A DNA stretch of 64,000 nt from Escherichia coli (lineage in GTDB: Bacteria; Pseudomonadota; Gammaproteobacteria; Enterobacterales; Enterobacteriaceae). Below the pieces are notes generated by a model that was given only the letters and a program-made list of their open reading frames with translations, was not told the origin of the DNA and made no database searches. Each line of letters begins with the position of its first letter. The first letter of the stretch is position 1. The translations under genes were made by a program, and so were the position numbers. This document shows, one piece after another, positions 32,291 to 40,400 of the stretch. The stretch lies in the NCBI RefSeq assembly GCF_044324785.1, contig NZ_CP172127.1. One strand, 5' to 3'.

Positions 32291-32371
32291 AAAAAAACCT
32301 GCTGGTGAGGCAGGTTCTTTTATTTACTACAGTGACGCTAACTTGCTGATTGTGCAACATTTCGTACCAAC
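32291..32371 (-). ncRNA. orzO: OrzO-like antitoxin sRNA (copy 1), ~81 nt
   Basis: Minus-strand promoter (-10 TATAAT at 32383-32378, -35 TTGCAA at 32406-32401, 17-nt spacer); terminator hairpin AACCTGC-TGGTGAG-GCAGGTT 32296-32316 followed by U-tract on minus strand; 5' 18 nt complementary to toxin 5' UTR 32520-32537. Confidence 0.6.
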
Positions 32372-32377
32372 GAATAA

Positions 32378-32428
32378 ATTATAACCATATCCACACTCCA
32401 TTGCAATTCAGTGAATGAGATTTATAAT
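32378..32428. promoter_or_regulatory. divergent sigma70 promoters of zor copy 1 and its sRNA sharing one palindromic -35 hexamer TTGCAA
   Basis: Plus strand: TTGCAA (32401-32406)-16 nt-TATAAT (32423-32428); minus strand: same TTGCAA-17 nt-TATAAT (32383-32378). Confidence 0.55.
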
Positions 32429-32609
32429 CCTGCCCGTTGGGAGGTTGTGCCGGATCGGACCAATTTTAAGTCCTGGCTACCGGACGGGTGGTGCCGCAGG
32501 CGGTGCCCTGATCCGGAGAGCAACGTTTCGTACCAACATACGTAAACCAGTATCGACAGGCAGTGTAAGGGTAAGGTGCTGGTGTTGCGCTCCTTAATAA
32601 GGAGAGCGG

Positions 32610-32699
32610 ATGGACACGCTGACACAAAAGTTAACCGTGCTCATTGCTATACTGGAGCTATTAGTGGCTCTGTTACGGTTGATTGATTTGTTGAAGTAA
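32610..32699 (+). CDS. zorO: type I toxin, 29-aa hydrophobic peptide ZorO/ZorP family (copy 1)
   Basis: Manual translation: MDTLTQKLTVLIAILELLVALLRLIDLLK; AAGGAG SD 5 nt upstream; ~175-nt 5' UTR from predicted TSS ~32436; O versus P assignment between the two copies is uncertain. Confidence 0.8.
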   Translation: MDTLTQKLTVLIAILELLVALLRLIDLLK

Positions 32700-32720
32700 C
32701 GGGCAAATTGAAACGCATCT

Positions 32721-32745
32721 AAGGGGGAAAACCGCTTCCCCCTTT
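32721..32745 (+). terminator. rho-independent terminator of zor copy 1
   Basis: AAGGGGGAAAACCGCTTCCCCCTTT hairpin 22 nt after stop. Confidence 0.6.
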
Positions 32746-32897
32746 AATAAAATGATTACTGTTTTTATTAATTCATCATATAACTCATTTTTATTTATAA
32801 ATTCATCGATTTTATATTCAACGTACCATTTGACCGGGATGTGAATATTTATGGTGGGCTATTGGCAAAAAATATCTGGAAAGTAGATCGCAGAAAA

Positions 32898-32979
32898 TAA
32901 AAAAACCTGCTGGTGAGGCAGGTTCTTTTATTTACTACTTTGATGTTAAGTTACTGATAGTGCAACATGGCATCTCAAC
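32898..32979 (-). ncRNA. orzP: Orz-like antitoxin sRNA (copy 2), ~82 nt
   Basis: Minus-strand -10 at 32991-32986, -35 TTGCAA 33014-33009; terminator hairpin 32904-32924 with U-tract; 5' region complementary to copy-2 toxin UTR 33126-33146. Confidence 0.6.
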
Positions 32980-32985
32980 GAACGA

Positions 32986-33036
32986 ATTATAACCACCTCT
33001 GGACAGTGTTGCAATTAAGATAATGAGATTTATAAT
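32986..33036. promoter_or_regulatory. divergent promoters of zor copy 2 and its sRNA sharing palindromic TTGCAA
   Basis: TTGCAA 33009-33014; plus-strand TATAAT 33031-33036; minus-strand TATAAT 32991-32986. Confidence 0.55.
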
Positions 33037-33217
33037 CCTGACTGTTGGGAAGTTGCGCCGGATCGAACCCATTTCAAGTCCTGGCTACCGGACGGGTGGT
33101 GCCGCAGGTAGTGCTCTGATCCGGAGTGCAACATGGCGACTCAACAAACGTAAACCAGTGTCGACAGGCAGTGTAAGGGTAAGGTGCTGGTGTTGCGCTC
33201 CTTAATAAGGAGAGCGG

Positions 33218-33307
33218 ATGGACACGCTGACACAAAAGTTAACCGTGCTCATTGCTGTACTGGAGCTATTAGTGGCTCTGTTACGGTTGATTGATTTGTT
33301 GAAGTAA
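33218..33307 (+). CDS. zorP: type I toxin, 29-aa hydrophobic peptide ZorO/ZorP family (copy 2)
   Basis: Manual translation: MDTLTQKLTVLIAVLELLVALLRLIDLLK (one I-to-V difference from copy 1); same SD and UTR architecture. Confidence 0.8.
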   Translation: MDTLTQKLTVLIAVLELLVALLRLIDLLK

Positions 33308-33326
33308 CGGGCAAATTGAAACGCAT

Positions 33327-33734
33327 CTAAGGGGGAATACCGTTTCCCCCTTTAATAAAGCTATACTCGTCATACTTCAAGTTGCATGTGCTGCGACTTG
33401 AATTATCTAGAGTATATAATTCTATTTGTTGGTTGAATATATTCTGTAGTTCACAATTAAAAATTACTATTACAGGTTCAGGTGATTCGCCTCGTAATTT
33501 TTGCTCATCAATAAACTCATCTCTTATATAAATCAACGCATCATTTATTAGCGGGTCGACATCTTCTCGATCACGTTGATGAAATGTTGGACGTAGCCGG
33601 AATCGCTCCAGCCGGTAGACGGAGCCTGTAAATAATTCAGAGCGTTTATGGATCTCAAGCCTGAAGGAAAACGGCTCTTCAGGTACAGGGGCCTCATAGT
33701 CGTAAATAGTGACCAGCTCTTTTTGCACGATCAT
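33327..33734 (-). CDS. yehK: hypothetical protein (YehK-like), 135 aa
   Basis: ORF in the position of yehK downstream of yehI; identity by position only; 3' end overlaps zor copy-2 terminator. Confidence 0.45.
   Translation of the reverse strand: MIVQKELVTIYDYEAPVPEEPFSFRLEIHKRSELFTGSVYRLERFRLRPTFHQRDREDVDPLINDALIYIRDEFIDEQKLRGESPEPVIVIFNCELQNIFNQQIELYTLDNSSRSTCNLKYDEYSFIKGGNGIPP
33329..33353 (+). terminator. rho-independent terminator of zor copy 2
   Basis: AAGGGGGAATACCGTTTCCCCCTTT hairpin. Confidence 0.6.
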
Positions 33735-33794
33735 CGCTTTTCCCGGTGGCAGGTCGTGTTAATAACGGGCAGTCGCATCACTGCCCGCTGTGTT

Positions 33795-36700
33795 TTAATG
33801 GAAAATAACGTCGGGTGCGCTTAACGCTTCACTCAAATCAAACACATCAAGTTCGGCAAAAGTGACAGATTTATTCTCGCGGTATACATGAAGAGAACGG
33901 AAGCTCATTAGCGCTTTGCTATCAACATTGTAGTGGTTAAAACCGGATGAAAACTTAAGGACCAGCCGGTACTCGCCCAGGTCATAGACAAATGCGTTCT
34001 CATAGCCTGACTCCCAGCCTTTGTATCGCATTCCCATAAGTTGCCCAACGGTAGCAGATTTACCTTCCCAGCGATTCAAACTATTACTGGCTGACTCGTC
34101 AGGCGTGAGCAGCACTGTGCGCCGTGCCAATTGGCGAAAAGGCGGCATAATTTCGTAATCGGCAAAAAGCTGTGCAAACTCACTGCGCATTTCTGCTGCC
34201 ATTTCTAACGGGTGGGCAATGCCAATCAGAGCATCGGCAGGCAGGTCAATGGGCTCATCTTGCTCATTGCAGAACTCCCCCTCAGCGGCCACACGAAAGG
34301 CGTTGAGTAAACGACGCGGTTCATTTGCCGGATAAACACCCCATATTAATCGCTGAGTAACCAGACGGGTAAAGGGATGATTAACAAACAGAGAATGAAA
34401 ATCTGCCAGCGACCAGCGTCGGGTGGTGCGCAGGGCAGTTTCAAGACGCGGGAGCAGGTTTTTGCTCACCTGAGTGGCATCTTTTTTTAGCCCTTTTAGT
34501 CGGGCCAGTGCCTCGGGTGCTTTCAGTTGATCGTCATCGGCGCGCAACCGGGGAACGCTTTTCTGGCGAACGTTTTGCTGATCAAAGATAACCGGGTTAA
34601 GGTTTTCATCGAAGCGAACGGTAAATTGCCGTGGACCAAAATCAAAAATCAACGCCTGCGGATCATCAAGACCCAGTGTTGGGACTAATCTGTCCGCTAA
34701 CTGTTCCTGGCTTAGCCCGCGATTTTCTGCGACCACCTGAAGAAATTCCGCCGCGTTATCACGTAAGGGGCGGGATTTCGCCCGTTGCGATATATGATGC
34801 AGCTGTATCAGTGCCATATCATTATTCATCTGAGTAAGGATGTTCAGGCCGCTGACGGCACGGGCAGATTTGCCTTCCTGTGGCCAGGCAAGGATCTGTG
34901 TCGTCAGATCCCGTGCCGTGCTTTCGTCGCCAAAGAGACTTAACGCCAGAAATGCCCAGTTGTCTTTTGCGGGAGCACCAGCTTGTTGCCACGCGGTGAA
35001 AAGATCCCAGGCAAAAGCTGCCAGCGTTTGCGGCTGGCAGAAAGTTTTCAGTTGTTCCAGTCCGCTATAAAAACGTCCGCCCTGGGTAAAGCACAGCATT
35101 TCGCCGATAATTTCCAGAGCGTCATCGGTAACAGGCTGATTATTAGTGATAAGGCGCGGCCTGGACCACATTGCCGGCTGCCAGAAATCAGGGGCTTTTG
35201 GAATGCGTGTCGGGTAAATCTCTATTGGACTCTGTTTAAGTAATTGCTCCAGGGCAGGCCATACATCTTTACGCTGCCAGCGGTTTGCCACGGTTTGCAG
35301 TAACTCGCCATGTCCCTGTTCGTAAAGTAAACGCAGGGCAAGTAATGCAGCTTCGCTATTATCGCTGGATTTGGTGAAGACAAGAGGGATAAGTGCAGTA
35401 GCCGTATGTTCCGGCCAATGTAAAATCCACTGGCGAGCCAGATCACGCTGCGCCGCGAAACGTCGCCAGACGCGGGCAACGGGCAGTGCCAGTTCGGTTG
35501 CGCCGAAATTTAAAATTAACGGAAATGTTTCTTTTGGACGATGTGAAAAAGCCAACAGCAGACCTGGTAGAGCATCCAATCCGAAGATACTGAGAAAATA
35601 GTCCTCACCCGCAGACAGATGCTTTTTCTCATTGATACGTAGCCAGAAAGTCAAAGCCATCTCACGCGGCAACTGCGCCAATAAATACTGGTTCCAGATA
35701 CTCTTTTCCCGACGATAGCGTGAGTAGCTGTCATTTTCCCATATGTTAATTAACACTTCTACGTGACCGCTGCGAAGCGCCTGTTCTGCTAATTGAGCTT
35801 CCGGGGAGCTCCAGCCATTCATGATCTCTTCAACCCGCCCTGGGTAGTAATGCCACTGAACAATGAGTGAATTGCGTGCAGCATCCAGTTTTCCGGGGAG
35901 TATATAATTCAAAAACAGCCATACATCATCTCCAAAACCCAGCTCCTGTAGTACAACTCGTCCACTTTTATGTTCCATGCGTTCCGCAAGAGATTCCGTG
36001 CTGAAATAACGGGCAGACTCAGTGGCGGCAAGCCTCTCTCGTTCGCCCGGTTGCCAGTAAACTTGCGGCGTTAATTCGAACGGTGCCAAATCAAGACGTG
36101 GAACTGTCATTTTTTTCTTACTACGCCACGGTGGTGAAACGAGGATTTCAGGCATTTGGCTGTTATCGGTGCTATCAATAACCGTTTTGGGCGGTGCCGA
36201 TAAATAACTATTCAGCACTGCCTGGGCTTGAGTACTTAACCACGGCATCACCTCTTCTGCCAGTTGTGGCTGCGATGCCATCAGCGTTTGTAACAGCGTA
36301 CGCCAGAATTCATCACGTGCTTTTTGCTGTGCAGGCAGCTTTTTGTCTTCGATGATTGGATAACCTGGGCGGGCTGGTGGTTCTTTTAACGCCAGCAGTT
36401 CTGCCAGTGCGGTGAGTGTCGCATGGGGGAAGTTTTTACTGTATTTAGCCACACGTTGCAGGCTGGGTTTGTTTTTATCAGCAACTAACAGCAAGGTGCG
36501 GATGACTTGCGGATGGTTAATTTGTACCAGCAGACTGCCGCAATCTTCTTTATGAGCATACATTGCCAGGCGCGGAACGGCTGCCAGTCCTTGTTCGCGC
36601 AAAAGGGAGGCGCAGGCCGCGTAGCCGAAGCGGTTTTCTTGTGACATGTAGCTGGCTTCGCGATCGCTAAATACGTCCAGGCCCCAGTATCGTTCGAGTT

Positions 36701-37427
36701 TTTTTACCGCTCTGGGGTCATTAGCAACAACTTTTAACCACTCCTTAGAATGAAAATGAGTCCGCGGGCATTCAAGGCCTACCAACTCATTGGCGATTTC
36801 TGGTTTTTCCGGGAGGAGCAGCGCAATAAAAGGGCGGCGAACTTTGGTTATTCCTGGCAGTGCGGCAATGAGTTTGTCGGCGCAACGCTGCCAGCTGCTT
36901 TCCTCTGCCAGAGAGAGATGCTTACGCAGTCGGAGATCGAATTCGTTATAGGTTTCTGAGCGATAACCATAGCCATAATCCTCGTTCTGATACTGCAATG
37001 TCACTAGCAGAGGATCACTCTCATAACACCGTGCAATAAACTGGCGTGCAATCACCACCTCAGTCGCATATTCCAGTCCCTCTTGTTGGACGATTTCGTC
37101 GAGCAACTGTTGGCTATCATTTTGCGCGATACAGGTTAGCGCCGCCATTGTCCGGGCCGGAACTGAGGGTTTGTGTTCTCCGATCAAGTTGATGGCCTGC
37201 GTAATGGCCGACTGCCACTCCAGTGAAAAATTTTCATAACGCCAGACAATGTTTTTTTTCTTCTCAGCTTTTTGTAGCAATTCATCACCCAGTGTCTGGA
37301 TGAGGCTTTCAGTGATAACAGGCACCGGTTCGCCCGGCCAACTGCGATGGCTGAGCGGCGTTTTGCCTTTTTTATATTTCAGTTCCACTTGGGCGTTATC
37401 CGCCAGCCACGGTAATTCCTTGTCCAT
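33795..37427 (-). CDS. yehI: DUF4132-family large protein YehI
   Basis: 1210-aa ORF; paralogous to downstream molR over most of its length. Confidence 0.9.
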   Translation of the reverse strand: MDKELPWLADNAQVELKYKKGKTPLSHRSWPGEPVPVITESLIQTLGDELLQKAEKKKNIVWRYENFSLEWQSAITQAINLIGEHKPSVPARTMAALTCIAQNDSQQLLDEIVQQEGLEYATEVVIARQFIARCYESDPLLVTLQYQNEDYGYGYRSETYNEFDLRLRKHLSLAEESSWQRCADKLIAALPGITKVRRPFIALLLPEKPEIANELVGLECPRTHFHSKEWLKVVANDPRAVKKLERYWGLDVFSDREASYMSQENRFGYAACASLLREQGLAAVPRLAMYAHKEDCGSLLVQINHPQVIRTLLLVADKNKPSLQRVAKYSKNFPHATLTALAELLALKEPPARPGYPIIEDKKLPAQQKARDEFWRTLLQTLMASQPQLAEEVMPWLSTQAQAVLNSYLSAPPKTVIDSTDNSQMPEILVSPPWRSKKKMTVPRLDLAPFELTPQVYWQPGERERLAATESARYFSTESLAERMEHKSGRVVLQELGFGDDVWLFLNYILPGKLDAARNSLIVQWHYYPGRVEEIMNGWSSPEAQLAEQALRSGHVEVLINIWENDSYSRYRREKSIWNQYLLAQLPREMALTFWLRINEKKHLSAGEDYFLSIFGLDALPGLLLAFSHRPKETFPLILNFGATELALPVARVWRRFAAQRDLARQWILHWPEHTATALIPLVFTKSSDNSEAALLALRLLYEQGHGELLQTVANRWQRKDVWPALEQLLKQSPIEIYPTRIPKAPDFWQPAMWSRPRLITNNQPVTDDALEIIGEMLCFTQGGRFYSGLEQLKTFCQPQTLAAFAWDLFTAWQQAGAPAKDNWAFLALSLFGDESTARDLTTQILAWPQEGKSARAVSGLNILTQMNNDMALIQLHHISQRAKSRPLRDNAAEFLQVVAENRGLSQEQLADRLVPTLGLDDPQALIFDFGPRQFTVRFDENLNPVIFDQQNVRQKSVPRLRADDDQLKAPEALARLKGLKKDATQVSKNLLPRLETALRTTRRWSLADFHSLFVNHPFTRLVTQRLIWGVYPANEPRRLLNAFRVAAEGEFCNEQDEPIDLPADALIGIAHPLEMAAEMRSEFAQLFADYEIMPPFRQLARRTVLLTPDESASNSLNRWEGKSATVGQLMGMRYKGWESGYENAFVYDLGEYRLVLKFSSGFNHYNVDSKALMSFRSLHVYRENKSVTFAELDVFDLSEALSAPDVIFH

Positions 37428-37436
37428 GCTCTTTCC

Positions 37437-40400
37437 TTATTCAAACAGGGCTTCAATATCGTTAATTAGCTCGCTGGCGGTGATGGCATCGAGTACGGAG
37501 AACTGCGCTTCCTGTGTTGAATTACTCCCCCAGCCATAGCTTTCTGCTTTGCCTTCCCATAGCCACAGCTTGCTTAAGAGTTGCTCGGCACTGAGTTCGG
37601 CTGGCGACATGCCGACCGCAAAACCTTCATCGATTTCCATGATTAACGACCAGCGGCCCAGAGGTTTGATCATCCAGCCGATCCAGCCTCCATCCTGCGG
37701 GGTGCCCTTTATCCAGCCTTTATTCGCCAGCCCCATGACCCGACCGCTCGGGCATTTTCTGCCTGCCCAGTGGGTCAGTTCGCTGGCGTTGCGCTCGGCT
37801 TCTGTCAGGGCGTAACTGTTACGGTCAAGCTGACGGAACGGTGGTAGCAGTTCATAGTCGGCAAAAAGCTGACCAAAGGCGGCAGCATCCGTTGGTGATA
37901 TTTCCAGAACGTGAGGAATGCCGATAGAGATATCGCCTTCCGGCAGGGTGAAAAGATCATCGTCAGCGGTGCTGTAGCTGTTATCTTCCGCCACGCGAAA
38001 GCAAGCCAGTAGCTCGTTTTCGGTGCTATAAACGCCCCAAATCAGACGGCGGGTTAAGTGACGAACCAGCGGATGCTCAACCAGGAAGAGCTGGAAGTTT
38101 TCCGGCGACCAGCGGCGGCGCAGGCACATGGCGGATTCCAGCCTTGCTACCTGCTGGGCGGCGATGGTACGCGCATCTTTTTTCAGCAATTTGTAGCGGT
38201 TAACAGCATCGTTCGCCTGTGATTCATCATCGCTTTTGTTTGGTTTGGGTAAATCTTTCAGGCGGCTGCCGGAAGCGTCACGCACAAACGGTTTTAAGGT
38301 TTCATCAAAGCTGACGGTGAACTGGCGTGGGCCGAAATCCAGCAGCAACGAACCGTTATCATCCAGACCGAGATTCGGTGCTAACCGATCTTCAAGCTCC
38401 GCCACCGTGAGCTCGCGGCTTTCGGCAATGTCGGCAATTTTCTCTTTCGCCCGCTCCTGTAATGCTTTGAATTTCAGTTTCTGGGCGATGCCGTTAAGCT
38501 GCATCAGGGCGATATCACTACCGATAGCAGCGAGAATATCCAACCCAACGGTGGCGCGTTTATGCTGAGATTCGCCAGGCCAGGCGCGGATTAATGGCGT
38601 CAGTTTGCGGGCGGTGTCATCGTTGCCGAGAACACCTAACGCAATGAACGCCCAGCTTTCTTTCGATGGCGCGCCCGCAGTCAGCCAGGCGGTAAACAGA
38701 TCCCAGGCAAATTCAGCCAGAGAGTCAGAGGTACAGGCATCTTTCACCTGCAATAATCCCGGATACAGAGCCTCTTCCAGAGGGAAGCGGAGCATTTCAC
38801 CGAGGTGGAGGAGGGCGTTATCTGGCAGTGATTGGGCGTTTGCTTTTAATACCGGGCGCGTCCAGAGCGATGGCTGATAAAAGGCCGGAAGAGTGGGGAT
38901 TTTTGTCGGGTGATTATCTAAGGCATCGAGCGCAAGCAGAGCGTTCACCGCATCTGTTACTTCCGGCTGGTTATAACGCCGGGCGATTTCTTGCAGTAAT
39001 AGCTGATGACCGTTTTCGGTAAGCATACGCAAGGCAGCGCGGGCGTTATCCTGTGCTTCACCGGCTTTGCCGAGCGCCGAAGGTAGCAGGCCGGTAATGG
39101 CGTGTTCCGGGTATTTCAGCAGCCAGGTGCGGGCGTCTTGTCGTAGGGTTTTGAGTTTGTTGAAGGCGCGGGCGATCAGTGGCGCTAATTCGATAGCCGC
39201 AAAATATTGTGCTACAGGCAGAGCTTCTTGTGGATAGCGTGAAAAGGAGTGAATAAAACCCTGTAACCCAGCGAGTTGCAGGTGTGTCATGACAAACTCG
39301 ACACCGACGTGTGGCTCTTTACTAAGGACATTCCACGCCTGCGCTGTTTTTTCGATAGGCAGGGCGGCTAACATGTAAAGCTGCCATTCCCGTTGATAGG
39401 AGTGCCAGAAGGTTTTAAATTCGCTGATCAGCGCAGAATAATCTCCCCTCTGCCAGAGTTCTACAACAGCATCAGACGCTTTCATAGAGTGGCCATTATT
39501 CCAGCGATTGAAACCCAGACGTGTCAGGTAGTTCTGAATATCCTCTTTTTGGCCGATGTCTATTTGATGTGCGTGCCAGCGATGCCTTGCATGAATCTCT
39601 TTTTCTGCCGTCTCGGTCAATGTGCAGCATGACTCCAGCGGTAATGGCGTTAAATCCAATACCGGCATTACAGATTTTTTCTTTTTCGAAAGCCAGGGCG
39701 GTGAGACTAATACGGCAGGCAGCATATCGGCGCTGGCATGGTTTGAGGGCTGTGTCAGTTGTTGCTGGCATGATTTCAGTACGGCAACTGCGGGTGTTGA
39801 GAGCCAGGGAGTGACCTGTTCTGCTAGTGCCGGTTGCGAGATAAGCATCGTCATCAGCATAATGCGCCAACTATTCTCTTCTTTTTGCGCAAGAAGTTCC
39901 GCCAGTGCAGCCAGTGCTGCGTGTGGGAACGCAGCGCAAGCCTTAGTCATTCGTTCATGGCAGCGTTTAGTTTTGCCAGACACACGTATAAGTAGCATTA
40001 ATGCTTGTGGGTGATTGATCTCTTCGAGAATACTTCCACAAAGATCAGCATAAGCATAGGGGGCGAAGCGAGCGATTCCGGCAATCCCTTGCTCCTGCAA
40101 AACGGTGACATTCCAGATGCAACCATGGTAATAGTCATTAAAAAGGTCGTACGCGCAATAAGATTCCAGTGCTTTGAGCAAGGAAGATTCTTGAACAACA
40201 AGTTTCAGCCATTCAACAGTTTGGACATTTTTCTGCTTCAGTAACTGTCGTGCGACTTCTTCTGCAATCTCCGGGCGTTCCGGTAGCATTAGCGCTACCA
40301 TCGGTTGTTGAACGGGAGGAATATCAGGCAAAGCTGTAATGAATTTATCTACACAGCGTTGCCACAAAGTTTCTTCTGCTAGAGCCAAATGCTTACGCAG

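Larger units (their letters stand above)
32258..33356. repeat. tandem duplication: two ~0.49-kb zor/orz units (32258-32750 and 32864-33356) separated by ~110-bp AT-rich spacer
   Basis: Direct repeats read in sequence: shared 5' block AAAAATATCTGGAAAG.AGATC.CAG.AAATAAAAAAACCTGCTGGTGAGGCAGGTT and near-identical 3' 250 bp including toxin ORF and terminator. Confidence 0.85.

Noticed and set aside
32296-32316. Hairpin AACCTGCTGGTGAGGCAGGTT as a yehL-associated promoter or terminator element
   Set aside because: It lies upstream of the yehL start; its orientation with a minus-strand U-tract and its repetition at 32904-32924 fit the sRNA terminator better.
32415-32597. 60-aa plus-strand ORFs at 32415-32597 and 33023-33205 (MRFIIL...)
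   Set aside because: They start inside the toxin promoter and span the 5' UTR; no SD; best explained as non-coding leader of the toxin mRNA.
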